Source of the DNA: a virus
Lineage: Duplodnaviria > Caudoviricetes
Direction: 5' to 3' (one strand)
IMG/VR virus record: IMGVR_UViG_3300030330_006022
Coordinates: 32,001-96,000 of that record
Length of the DNA stretch: 64,000 nt
Shown: one piece after another, positions 36,101-45,646 of the stretch
Numbering within the stretch: the first letter of the stretch is position 1
Layout of the letters: each line of letters begins with the position of its first letter
Program-made: the position numbers and the translations under genes
Notes under the pieces: model-generated
The model's database searches: none
What the model was told of the DNA's origin: nothing
The model's input: the letters and a program-made list of their open reading frames with translations, nothing else

Positions 36101-39100
36101 AGCAAGCAGATCCAAGTAACGCAGATAAGATACAAAACGAAAGAGACAATAAAGAGAAAAAACAAGCAGAAATAGAATCTTTAATGATAGATTATGAAGA
36201 ACAGTTAGAAATTAATGAAATGTTTTTTGTAATTGAAAGTGAACTTGTAGAGTTGCGAGATAAAGATGCCGATTTATTAACACAAATTTTAGATTATAGG
36301 GTACTTGTTTCCGAAACTGGAGGAGAATTAGAAAGTTATGAACAAAGCTATATTGATGAACTTGAAAGACAACACGAAGAAGTTAAAGCTGCAAGAATTT
36401 TAAAACAAGAGCAATATGATTTGTGGAAAAATGTTGTTTATGTAGACGAAGAAAATACAGAGTTGGTGTCTGATCTTATGCTTTATTCGATAGAATCAAT
36501 AAAACAATCAATAAATAGTTCTAACCTAGCCTTACTAGAAGAACTAACAAAAGACTACAGCCCAAATGCATATGAAAAAGCCACTAGAGAAATAATAACC
36601 ATCATAGGGGAAGCATACATAGACTTAATTGTAGAAAAGCTGAATATAGTTCAACTACAAAATTTAGTAGATTCTTTACCTGGTTCAGATCTCTTTGTTA
36701 GTGTTTTCAAAGCTGCTTTGTGTCCCCATAAAGAAATATTTGATGTTTGGAGTAAAGCTGCCTGGGCTGGTATGGAAATCAACCCTTGTAAAAGCACAAG
36801 TTGGAAAATTCCACCTATACCTGAAATACCAAAATTAAACTTATTATATATATTAAACTTTTTAAAAGAACAATTTCTTTTAGCCTTAGTAAGAGCAATT
36901 GTTGCCGTGCTTATTTCGTATTTTATGAAATCTTTACAACTTCTTTTAGACAAATTATGCGATATTTTATCGGGGGCGATGGGTGCTTTGTTTAACAATT
37001 CAGGCGAAGGTACTTTGTTTGATGCTGTAGCAGAAGCATTTTGCGATGATTTGTTTGACACAGACGGCTCTGGAGGGGCACCTCAAGACGACTCAGGTGT
37101 TAATACAGTAATTGATGCTTTAAAACAAAATTCTAACTATTGTCCACCTAACAAAGAAGTTAATAAAGAAGTAGTGTACAAATGGGGTCTGGCGATATCT
37201 GAGCAAGTCCCATTAGAGTTTTGGCAAAAATTAATGACAGAAGGTGGCATAGCTGCTGAAGACCCTTTGATGCAATTAGTTTGGGAAATAACAAAGCAGT
37301 TTCCTGAAATGGAATGCTACTTTCAAGATATAAGTGATTTGTTAAGTTTCTTTAACATATTAAAAAGTTACTTACCAGAAGGCACAGCTATACAAATAGA
37401 AGACACCCTTAACACACTAGAGTACAATTCAACTGGTAACGAACTTTGCAAAATGTTTTGTTCTGATTTTAACACTGGGCTTGAAGACGACTTACCAGAC
37501 TACCCTTTTGATGTTGATACCAGTGAAGTATCTCAAACATTTGAAGATTTGCTAGATGCATTTTACGGCGGCCCTGATTCCGCTTTGGAGGATTTATTAA
37601 GAGACATAGCAGATGATCCATTTTCCGCAGCTGCTTATTGTGACGATATAAGAAATGCCAATGATATAGGTGAAGACAATTTATCTGGTAAACAACCATT
37701 AGTACCACCAGAGCCACAAGAATTAACAGAACTGAGAGAAGAGATTGTGGATTCTGTTTTTTCTAATTTAGAAGTTGCTTATAATAACGATATGATAATT
37801 GATTTTGATTCGTTCTTTAATAACCTCTTAGCAGATAAAGATAATAAAAAACTCACTAAAGGTGAATTGTTTGATCCTTCACATGAGTTTAGAGAAAAAA
37901 CAAACCTTTTGTTTCCTAATTCTGCCAACAATGCTAATGAGCACGAATTAATGTGGTATCGTGGAGGTTTTATTAAAAAGTTCTTTATGAGAGTAAATTC
38001 AGTACTTGGAGACCCATCTTCTGGTGAGCAATCCCAAGCTTCAGCAGATCTAGATGATGTAGAAGTTGAAGATGAAGAGGGTGATGAAGGAGGTATTTTA
38101 AAGAAAGCAATAGCAAAGGCAAAAGAACTTATACAAAAATTCCAAGACGCATTTGCAGAAAAATTTGGTTTTAATGGTCCAATAAAAACATTATTTATGA
38201 TTTTTAAACTAGACTTTCCTATTGCTAGAAACCTGTTTCCAAGAACAGTAGGGATAAATTATTTAGAAAGCTTACAAGACAATAAGCCAAAATATGTATT
38301 AAAAAAACTACCATATGATAAAGAAGAGATTTGGTATGGATTTGATATTGAAGAAATTGATTTAAAATCCAACCCTTCAGCTAATGTAACTAATAGAGAA
38401 TACCTACAAAAAGATGATGATATACACATATATTACGACTCACCTGAGGGTTATAGAGTTGAAACTGGTTTTTCTAGTAACTACATACCTGATCCTGAGA
38501 GTCCTAATTTTTATGCTTCTTGTTATGTCGAATATGACCAATCTGCTGAACCCCCTGGAAGTTCAAACTTAACAGATCAAGATGATGAGGGAAATGAAGT
38601 AGCTGTATTTCCTGGCTTATTTGGCGGTAATCCGAACTCAACTAAGATAAGAGAACCAGTTTTTTCTGCTGTGGTACCAATAGATACCTCATATTATCAA
38701 AAAACATACGAAACTTATGTTGAAGGGTATACTCAAAATTCTTTAAATTCTCATTTTAGACAATCTGGTTTTTTTACTAAAAAAGAACAATTACAATCGT
38801 ATGCATTTAAAAAATACATAACCTACAAAATACATGAAGAAGCAGGAATACCAACAGATCATTTGAAATTTTCTACAATACATCCAAGTACTGACAGTCT
38901 TTACGCTACACTATATAACAGTAATAGTGACTTAAGATTTAATGATGATTATGGTTCATTATTATTTTACGACAGAGTAGCTCAAGACGCAATAAGTGTT
39001 TTTATGAAAACCGTTTTAGGGAGTGGAACATACAGAGTAGGTAATTCCATTCAACCTCCAAATGCTTTTAGGTTTGGCTATTCATCAGAACATAGATTAG

Positions 39101-41904
39101 ATGGTGATGACTTAACGTATGTAGACCCTGATAAAGCAGGGCGCAATAAGAAAAGCCAATGGGATTATACTCACGATGAAGAAGAAAAAGTATTAGGAGT
39201 TTCTGCAACAAAAAACCAAAGAGTGGTGTTTCTAAACCCTGAAATATATGGTGGTAGTTATAAAAGACCAAAGATATATATAAAACCAGCACTTTATAGT
39301 GGAGTGTTGGGCGTTATGCAATATTTTGTACCTGAGCCTGATGGATGTGAACCAACTAATGAAATAAAATTGTTTACTTCTGATATAAAAAAAGAAATTC
39401 TCACTATGGAAAAAAAGCTAACACGCGATAAAAGAATGAACTTTGATCCAAATTGCGTAAAAGAAGCTGCTTTTGATTTGATCGCGGACAGCTCTAGTCA
39501 TGCTTATATGCATGGGTCTGTTAAGTTAACAATAAGAACTTATATACTTGAATTGTTTTTAAGATCTTTGCCGATATTTTTACAAATTAATCTGTCTGAG
39601 AAAAACTTTGATGATGTTTTTAATTCGTTTATTTTTAAAAGAATGAAAGCTGGATTACTTGAAACACCTGAAAATTTTAGTTTTAGAAAATACAGTAAAA
39701 TAAAATACTGGTACTTGTTCTTAGAACAAATGGTACAGTCTGTTGAAAGAGAGGTGCTATTAGGTTCAATATATAAAGATGATAATTTGGATGAACTCTT
39801 TAAAAGAATAAGAGAGATAAGAAAAAATTATTACGAACCAGATAGAAGTGATTGGAAAATATTGAAAAAAATAAAAAAAATAAAACTGGTAAAGGCTGGT
39901 CCAAAAGGAACAGACGATCAATATAAAGAATCAATAAACGGTAGACAATACAAATTAAGCAGCCTTAGGGACTATGATGTGAGGTTTGAGTTTAAAGATG
40001 GTGTTGAGTATAATAAATTTGACAACAAATATAAAACTTTGCTAAAGAAAATGGTAAAATCAGTTATACTTATTGGTCTTGGTGAAGATGGCGAGAGATA
40101 TGTACAGTCAACAAATGAGTATATAAATTTTAGTGTTTGGACTATGGGTTTTAAAGAATTTAAAAATGTTTTTAGAATTTATTCAATATATCTAAACGAA
40201 GACACAGCAGAAAAAATATCTTATTATCTAATAGCTCAAGAACTAAAATCATATATAAACCGCTTTAAAGATGATTTAATTTCTGGTTCTATGGAAGCAC
40301 CTCAAGTGTTTGATATTAAAAAGTATGTACTGAACCCAGAATCAGGCCTATCAATAGGACCAGACATATTAATAGGCACAAGAGATGCAGAGCTAACCTC
40401 AACATCTATTGAGGGATATGGAGATGTTAACGATTATACAACATTTGGAGAGAATGAGGTTTTAACAATTAACAACGCAAGTGGTTGTAGTTTTTCAACA
40501 CAACAAAGAATAATAAAGTTTTTAAACAAACAAAGCGACGATTCACATGGCTATTTTATAGTTCAAAAATATGTTCTTATAACATCTGTAAAGACCCAAC
40601 CACTAGGATCACCTGAAAGAATAATATACGACACTTTTAAATCATTAGAAGGTAAAAGAATATCAATAGCAAAGTTTCAAGAAAAAGTATTTAGTATAAT
40701 ATCATCAGGTATAACTTTTGGAAATACAGCTTCTATATCTGATTATTTCGGTGACGCTTCTCTAGATGATTCTGGAAGTGGTTACTCTGGATCTATAGGT
40801 ATAAAGTTTGGTGTAAGATTGGCCTATATTAGAAATGATTTACCAGTAAGTGGTAGTAGAAAAGTTAGTGGCACAGGACTAGGTGCATTTGCACCAATCA
40901 CAGTTCAGGCTGCTAATGCTGTGTTTGGTAGTGCAACTGGAAAAGTTATGCCAATAGAATTGTTAAATCATGAAGCTGATGTAGCTGATTTTCCAATGCA
41001 GGAGTTTTTGTACCAAAGGTGTTCACAAAATAATATAAGTGAAGATATTAAATGTTATTTAGATAGAATGTGTGAGAAAGAAGAGTTTGACTTTTTAATG
41101 GAATTTTGCTTTCCATTTAAAAGAGTCATATCTTTAATTATGATCAATGCTTACTATGGCTATGTGGAATCAATAGGAAAAGGAGAAGGAGAAAGATATC
41201 GTGGAGCTGAAGAGCCATATCATGACTGGAAGTACAAAATACTTCAACAAACAAAAGAACAACTAAGAACAATGTTTTCTAGACATTATAAAGCTAGGGA
41301 TATTAATATTAGTGAAAGAAGAAAACGCTCAGCAGATTGGTTGAAAGCAAATATACCTGATGTTAACATTAATATTGATAGGCTGTCTGTAAAATGGTGG
41401 CAATTAATGAGGTTGCATGATAGGCCATATAATAAATATGGTGATGCTTGTATAGATGGAGCACTTGGTTCATTTAATCAAAACCTACCACCAGCACCAG
41501 TATCTCCTGACAACAAAGAATCAGGCGTATCAGTATCAGGTCTTACTTTTTCTGGAGGTAATACAGCGTTTAGAACTTCAACTCCTGAACCATGTGATTT
41601 GGGTAAAGTTCAAAACGGAAAACTAGGGCAACTAATAGCTGCTGAAAAATCTTTAAAAACAGCAGGTATTGCAAAAAATTCAACTAAGAAACCACTGTTT
41701 TCTCGCGAATCTAGAAACAAAGTAGTGAAACAAATAAGAAAAAGCCCAAATGGAAATACTAAAAAAATTAAAGAGATACCAATTAAATCAGCTCCTAGAA
41801 GAGTAGAGAAGATAACAACCTCGACATCCAAGGGTGTTAGAAATAAAATGAAGAATAATAAAACTAAAAAAGTTGGAAATCCAAAAAATTTTAGTAAAAA
41901 ATAA
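33175..41904 (+). CDS. Giant virion-associated hypothetical protein (2909 aa)
   Basis: Uninterrupted ORF between the spike and gp25-like genes; Cys-rich, with coiled-coil and hydrophobic helices. Confidence 0.7.
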   Translation: MPAKYQSINRIKKNKLIIKANNTDNNSELYFWIKVRVTESDPIGDDIIYVKNIPWPFDIEAKLYKRGRLTNNVKFNKVTYSSTDKKLTIKFETSGEKSKNREKHAHFLKKFRNLKMTEDSGNKKGIQRYRIILQNAASSDIRNYIEENYTNFDSFQIIGGFVEKGTWKPNSALKNDEDKSKGDLISTFVSELEYESINVPPEAKPKSKVERKEFLSNLGVKKKTPTIHAPGPVFGHKPKIKALSNSDGCTPTELSDPDGKASEFFELYEEVCAPLPDDDDILENYPDDIFVKACPTCVPNLSATPLEWWIEENLPRDRGEPFEGFRYGQVWLNEKLCEYKVVLRDLETYSLGGFNEYTNFNNRQVVIDRMSHARRAGIQLILEETGKAVTDNIICANLPNISTADRDDCISIPSDIEIETYKINLQFPPQIQVIKQNIDTDQNDGTYMTLYGVSSSVEFQQYLLNPKALEIYSKSEIYAYKTATAQYAKQLNPCYVISVPANLINMQSDDLVSEANEKFEEQSEDPDNKEVEGLNSVVIRGTELNNIFKIDLPNIFEIFGEYQANFLYFQNGTLRIETLGGGSKKFYLFQYPQKFKQFYADIKNLLENNGFRLRNKDDGFKHAYEIKIRVDDEFKIKKVKAKYIGCPWKTCRRGLKAFKNKYANETTLISYVIKSETMQKNIGNELPPWLDYIIEYTYPRLLVSYGNTDREVNFESCLNSDNKDPNDPGSMVNLDVDEFLEDFLLSLVSSFSGALQYSLNSLNCRTLAEYSPLGYEKLFEPLTQMGQHPDVVQTIADYGAFNQGLDDVIGIKSKTKKTYKKLMKGAGSFEFNFFQRLTGVTTKEYVKEFRSNAGEAIGELFTKMRPCDWEKILLDLLRCLMKGLNANTALKKIAKALMGDLDPVSFARVFKGLPPEVQLEVQEDIVNALKRIPWFAEQYEEFNIEDFVALSNNKTKENANSYEEERDKLENPPETQQADPSNADKIQNERDNKEKKQAEIESLMIDYEEQLEINEMFFVIESELVELRDKDADLLTQILDYRVLVSETGGELESYEQSYIDELERQHEEVKAARILKQEQYDLWKNVVYVDEENTELVSDLMLYSIESIKQSINSSNLALLEELTKDYSPNAYEKATREIITIIGEAYIDLIVEKLNIVQLQNLVDSLPGSDLFVSVFKAALCPHKEIFDVWSKAAWAGMEINPCKSTSWKIPPIPEIPKLNLLYILNFLKEQFLLALVRAIVAVLISYFMKSLQLLLDKLCDILSGAMGALFNNSGEGTLFDAVAEAFCDDLFDTDGSGGAPQDDSGVNTVIDALKQNSNYCPPNKEVNKEVVYKWGLAISEQVPLEFWQKLMTEGGIAAEDPLMQLVWEITKQFPEMECYFQDISDLLSFFNILKSYLPEGTAIQIEDTLNTLEYNSTGNELCKMFCSDFNTGLEDDLPDYPFDVDTSEVSQTFEDLLDAFYGGPDSALEDLLRDIADDPFSAAAYCDDIRNANDIGEDNLSGKQPLVPPEPQELTELREEIVDSVFSNLEVAYNNDMIIDFDSFFNNLLADKDNKKLTKGELFDPSHEFREKTNLLFPNSANNANEHELMWYRGGFIKKFFMRVNSVLGDPSSGEQSQASADLDDVEVEDEEGDEGGILKKAIAKAKELIQKFQDAFAEKFGFNGPIKTLFMIFKLDFPIARNLFPRTVGINYLESLQDNKPKYVLKKLPYDKEEIWYGFDIEEIDLKSNPSANVTNREYLQKDDDIHIYYDSPEGYRVETGFSSNYIPDPESPNFYASCYVEYDQSAEPPGSSNLTDQDDEGNEVAVFPGLFGGNPNSTKIREPVFSAVVPIDTSYYQKTYETYVEGYTQNSLNSHFRQSGFFTKKEQLQSYAFKKYITYKIHEEAGIPTDHLKFSTIHPSTDSLYATLYNSNSDLRFNDDYGSLLFYDRVAQDAISVFMKTVLGSGTYRVGNSIQPPNAFRFGYSSEHRLDGDDLTYVDPDKAGRNKKSQWDYTHDEEEKVLGVSATKNQRVVFLNPEIYGGSYKRPKIYIKPALYSGVLGVMQYFVPEPDGCEPTNEIKLFTSDIKKEILTMEKKLTRDKRMNFDPNCVKEAAFDLIADSSSHAYMHGSVKLTIRTYILELFLRSLPIFLQINLSEKNFDDVFNSFIFKRMKAGLLETPENFSFRKYSKIKYWYLFLEQMVQSVEREVLLGSIYKDDNLDELFKRIREIRKNYYEPDRSDWKILKKIKKIKLVKAGPKGTDDQYKESINGRQYKLSSLRDYDVRFEFKDGVEYNKFDNKYKTLLKKMVKSVILIGLGEDGERYVQSTNEYINFSVWTMGFKEFKNVFRIYSIYLNEDTAEKISYYLIAQELKSYINRFKDDLISGSMEAPQVFDIKKYVLNPESGLSIGPDILIGTRDAELTSTSIEGYGDVNDYTTFGENEVLTINNASGCSFSTQQRIIKFLNKQSDDSHGYFIVQKYVLITSVKTQPLGSPERIIYDTFKSLEGKRISIAKFQEKVFSIISSGITFGNTASISDYFGDASLDDSGSGYSGSIGIKFGVRLAYIRNDLPVSGSRKVSGTGLGAFAPITVQAANAVFGSATGKVMPIELLNHEADVADFPMQEFLYQRCSQNNISEDIKCYLDRMCEKEEFDFLMEFCFPFKRVISLIMINAYYGYVESIGKGEGERYRGAEEPYHDWKYKILQQTKEQLRTMFSRHYKARDINISERRKRSADWLKANIPDVNINIDRLSVKWWQLMRLHDRPYNKYGDACIDGALGSFNQNLPPAPVSPDNKESGVSVSGLTFSGGNTAFRTSTPEPCDLGKVQNGKLGQLIAAEKSLKTAGIAKNSTKKPLFSRESRNKVVKQIRKSPNGNTKKIKEIPIKSAPRRVEKITTSTSKGVRNKMKNNKTKKVGNPKNFSKK

Positions 41905-41931
41905 TAATTAAAAAAGAGAGGGAGTGGATAG

Positions 41932-42351
41932 ATGAGCACTAAAGAATATTTTCAAATATCAATACCAAAAGATATAACCGTAGAAATACCACTGAATTTT
42001 GATTCAGATAAACCAGGATTTACTAGACTGTCTGAGGAACAAATTAAAGATGTAATTAACTACAATATTAAATCTATAATATTAACTTCTCCTGGGGAAC
42101 GATTCGACTCCAGCTTTGGCGTGGGACTAAGAAGCTATCTTTTTGAAAACAATCTTTCTAACACAAGAGGACAAATAAAAAGTTCAATATCAAGACAAAT
42201 ATCTAGGTATATGCCATGGCTATCAAATTTTGATGTTTCTGTCTCAACTTTTAGCGAGGGTCAAGCAATTAACATATCTATAAAATATGAACTAAGAAAC
42301 CCATCTATAATTGAAAATTATGATATGTCTCTTTCTCTGACAGATTTATAG
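41932..42351 (+). CDS. Baseplate wedge protein, T4 gp25-like
   Basis: NIKSIILTSPGER..FGVGLRSYLFE..I.RYMP. Confidence 0.85.
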   Translation: MSTKEYFQISIPKDITVEIPLNFDSDKPGFTRLSEEQIKDVINYNIKSIILTSPGERFDSSFGVGLRSYLFENNLSNTRGQIKSSISRQISRYMPWLSNFDVSVSTFSEGQAINISIKYELRNPSIIENYDMSLSLTDL

Positions 42352-42367
42352 TTTTTACTACAATAAT

Positions 42368-42374
42368 CTATTTA
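42368..42374 (+). promoter_or_regulatory. Candidate late promoter motif CTATTTA
   Basis: In the short gap before the gp6-like gene. Confidence 0.45.
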
Positions 42375-42392
42375 CTCTGTGAGGGTTATAAG

Positions 42393-44198
42393 ATGCCAAA
42401 ACAAAAGAATGTACCTATAAAATATACTAGTAGAGATTTTACTACTATAAAACAAGACTTAATTGAACACGCCAAAAGATATTACCCAGATGATTATAAT
42501 GATTTTTCTGAGGCTTCTTTTGGATCTTTAGTGTTTGACACTGTTGCCTATGTCGGTGACGTATTATCATACTATGTTGACTATTCAGTTAATGAAAGTT
42601 TTTTAGATTCTGCTCTAGAATTTTCTAATATTAGAAAGCATGCTAAAAATTTAGGTTATAGATTTACTGGTGTTCCCGTAGCTGAGGGAATTATGGCTTT
42701 TTTTATTAGAGTTCCGTCTATTGTTGAGGGTAATGCTCCTGATACTGATTATCTTCCAATTTTAAAAAAAGGATCAGAGTTTGCTTCAGGTAATGGCTCA
42801 ACATTTACGCTTCTTGAAGATGTAAACTTTGGTGCCCCTGAGAATGATTTTATAGGAGCTACGTTTACACAAGATGGTGGAACACAAGAGTTTGCTGTAA
42901 GGGCATATGGGATGGTAAGTTCAGGAAAAGTTTTATCCACAGATATTGATTTGACTAGTGCAACATTTGAAAAATTCAGAAAAGTTAGAGTTGATGATGG
43001 ATCTGTTACCGAAATAATGAAAGTTGAAGACTCAGAAGGAAACATATTTTATGAAGTTGACTACCTAAGTCAAGAAACTGTTTTTATTGAAACTACAAAT
43101 CAAAGTGCCATGTCCGATGGAGTACGTTCAATAATCAAACCATTTGTAACTGCTAGAAGATTCACAGTTTTTCAAGAGAATAACAGTACTTTTTTACAAT
43201 TTGGTTTTGGAAGTGACAATGATGATGACTCTGGCCTTGCTGATCCTTCAAAAGTAGCAATAAAAATGCATGCTAAAGACCACATAACCCACACTGCTAT
43301 TGATCCTACAAAATTATTAGGCACTGATAAGCTTGGAATATCACCTCAAGGTACGATCTTAACAATAACTTATAAGAAAAACGATAGAGCTAATCCTTCA
43401 TCTGCTGCTAATACTATTAAAACAGTTGTAAAAGCAGATTTTAAATTTATGAACGAACAAAATTTAATACCAGCAACAGTCGTAACAGTTAGAAATAGTT
43501 TAGAGTGTTCAAATGAAAAACCAATGGTTGCACCACAACTATCTGTCACTAGCGATGAGTTAAAAATTAGATCGAGAAACTTTTTTGCAACTCAAAATAG
43601 AGCTGTGACTAAACAAGATTATGAAGCAATAGCCTACAATATGCCAAATAAGTTTGGTAGTTTAAAGAGAGTAAACATTGTCAACAATCCTTTCGCTACA
43701 AATAAAGAGTTAATTATGTACGTTGTATCTGAAAACAATGAAGGTCTTTTAACACAAACTGAAAGTATTACGAAACAAAATCTAAAGTCTTGGCTAGAAC
43801 AATACAGTTCTATTAATGATATAGTAAAAATTAATGATGCTAAAATAATAAACTTCGCTATAGATTTCGAGGTAAAAACAGATAACAGGTATGATACTAC
43901 CGGTGTTTTAGCTGATGCTGTTGATAGAATTAAATTTAAATACAGCGAAAAATTTTATATTGGAGAGCCAATATATATAAATGATATTTTCAACATTCTT
44001 TCAAAAACAGAAGGTGTGATTGATGTGGTGAAAGTAAAAATATTAAACAAATCTTCAAACGACGGTCCAGGTTATAGTTCTATACCATTTATTATGGATG
44101 ATGTTATAAGTAATGATGCTACATATTACAAAGCTCCAAAAAATGTTCTTTTTGAATTAAGATACCCAGACCAAGATATTACAGGAAAAGCTTCATAA
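42393..44198 (+). CDS. Baseplate wedge subunit, T4 gp6/J-like
   Basis: YTSRDF..IK..L, NESFLDSA, LQFG, QNRAVTKQDY. Confidence 0.85.
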   Translation: MPKQKNVPIKYTSRDFTTIKQDLIEHAKRYYPDDYNDFSEASFGSLVFDTVAYVGDVLSYYVDYSVNESFLDSALEFSNIRKHAKNLGYRFTGVPVAEGIMAFFIRVPSIVEGNAPDTDYLPILKKGSEFASGNGSTFTLLEDVNFGAPENDFIGATFTQDGGTQEFAVRAYGMVSSGKVLSTDIDLTSATFEKFRKVRVDDGSVTEIMKVEDSEGNIFYEVDYLSQETVFIETTNQSAMSDGVRSIIKPFVTARRFTVFQENNSTFLQFGFGSDNDDDSGLADPSKVAIKMHAKDHITHTAIDPTKLLGTDKLGISPQGTILTITYKKNDRANPSSAANTIKTVVKADFKFMNEQNLIPATVVTVRNSLECSNEKPMVAPQLSVTSDELKIRSRNFFATQNRAVTKQDYEAIAYNMPNKFGSLKRVNIVNNPFATNKELIMYVVSENNEGLLTQTESITKQNLKSWLEQYSSINDIVKINDAKIINFAIDFEVKTDNRYDTTGVLADAVDRIKFKYSEKFYIGEPIYINDIFNILSKTEGVIDVVKVKILNKSSNDGPGYSSIPFIMDDVISNDATYYKAPKNVLFELRYPDQDITGKAS

Positions 44199-45646
44199 TG
44201 ACTATAAAAAGATATTTTGCTACGGCAGATAATACAATTTCTAACGCTTTTGATCAATCTCTATTAACTACGAATAGAGCAACTGGTTCAAATATGGGAG
44301 AAGCAGACATACTTGAAGTGTTTCAAATATACGCCCAGTCTTCCTCCTCTTCTGGTCTTTCTAGTGAACTCTCTAGAGTATTAGTTCAATTTGACACCTC
44401 TGCAATTAGTACTGACAGAAGTAGTGGTGCTATTCCTGCTTCTGGTTCTGTATCTTTTTTTCTTAAACTTTACAATGCTCGTCACGCTTCAACGCTACCA
44501 GAAAACTATTCTATGACTATTTCTGCTGTTTCACAATCATGGCAAGAAGGTAATGGCTTAGACATGGTAAACTATACTGATAAAACATATGATTTAACTG
44601 GGTCTAATTGGGTTCGTAGAGGCTCAATGGGTGAATGGAATGTTACTGGTGGTACATATCATGCTTCCCCAACATACACAGCTACATTTAATGAAGGTTA
44701 CGAAGACTTAGAAGTTGACGTTACCACATTAGTTGAGCAGTGGGTTAATAGTGAAGGTAATGTTTTAGGTTCAAAAGACAACTATGGATTTGGAATCAGA
44801 TTGTCAGATTCTTTTGAATCAGCCCTTAAGTCGTTTTATACGAAGAAATTTTTTGCTCGCGGGTCAGAGTTTTACTACAAAAGACCTGTTCTTGAAGCTA
44901 GATGGGATGGCTCTGTGAAAGATGATAGAAGCTATTTTTTTGCTTCTTCTTCACTAGCACCCGCTGCTGATAACTTAAATACGTTATATCTATATAATAG
45001 TATTAGAGGTGTTTTAAGAAACATTCCTGCCGTTGGGACTAGTGATATTGAAGTTTCGCTTTACGACTCAGCTGGAGGATCACAAATAGGATCTACTTTC
45101 ACTGGTTCTCATGTTTCTACTGGTATATATAAATGTCAAGTCTTTGCTGACACTGCTGAAACTTCAATTGTAGATGTGTGGCATTCTGGTGGTGTTGAGT
45201 ATCACACAGGATCAATTACAGTTAATCCTTTTTCTACAAACATATACAACCCATCAGATCGTTATATACTTAATATTTCAAATTTAAAAGAATATTATGG
45301 ACCTAATGAGACTGCAAGGTTTAAACTTTATGTAAGACCGAGAAATTGGTCACCAAATATATATACTGTCGCCAAATCAGCACCTCAAACTACGACAATA
45401 TCAAGTGCTTCGTATGAAATATGTAGAGCATATGATAATTATCCCGTTATTCCATTTGGAACTGGCTCTACCAATCACACAATGTTATCTTATAACGTAT
45501 CAGGTAACTATTTTGATTTAGATATGTCAATATTTGAAACCGATCAAATGTATACAATTAAGTTTGCTTTTTATGATGATGGTGTAGGGTCTTGGAATGA
45601 ACAGTCATATAAATTTAATTTTAAAGTGAGAAGCGATGTCTATTAA
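44198..45646 (+). CDS. Baseplate/tail structural protein, beta-rich
   Basis: SRVLVQFD..WQEGNG..RPVLEARW pattern of beta-sandwich virion domains; TAATG coupling to gp6-like. Confidence 0.6.
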   Translation: MTIKRYFATADNTISNAFDQSLLTTNRATGSNMGEADILEVFQIYAQSSSSSGLSSELSRVLVQFDTSAISTDRSSGAIPASGSVSFFLKLYNARHASTLPENYSMTISAVSQSWQEGNGLDMVNYTDKTYDLTGSNWVRRGSMGEWNVTGGTYHASPTYTATFNEGYEDLEVDVTTLVEQWVNSEGNVLGSKDNYGFGIRLSDSFESALKSFYTKKFFARGSEFYYKRPVLEARWDGSVKDDRSYFFASSSLAPAADNLNTLYLYNSIRGVLRNIPAVGTSDIEVSLYDSAGGSQIGSTFTGSHVSTGIYKCQVFADTAETSIVDVWHSGGVEYHTGSITVNPFSTNIYNPSDRYILNISNLKEYYGPNETARFKLYVRPRNWSPNIYTVAKSAPQTTTISSASYEICRAYDNYPVIPFGTGSTNHTMLSYNVSGNYFDLDMSIFETDQMYTIKFAFYDDGVGSWNEQSYKFNFKVRSDVY

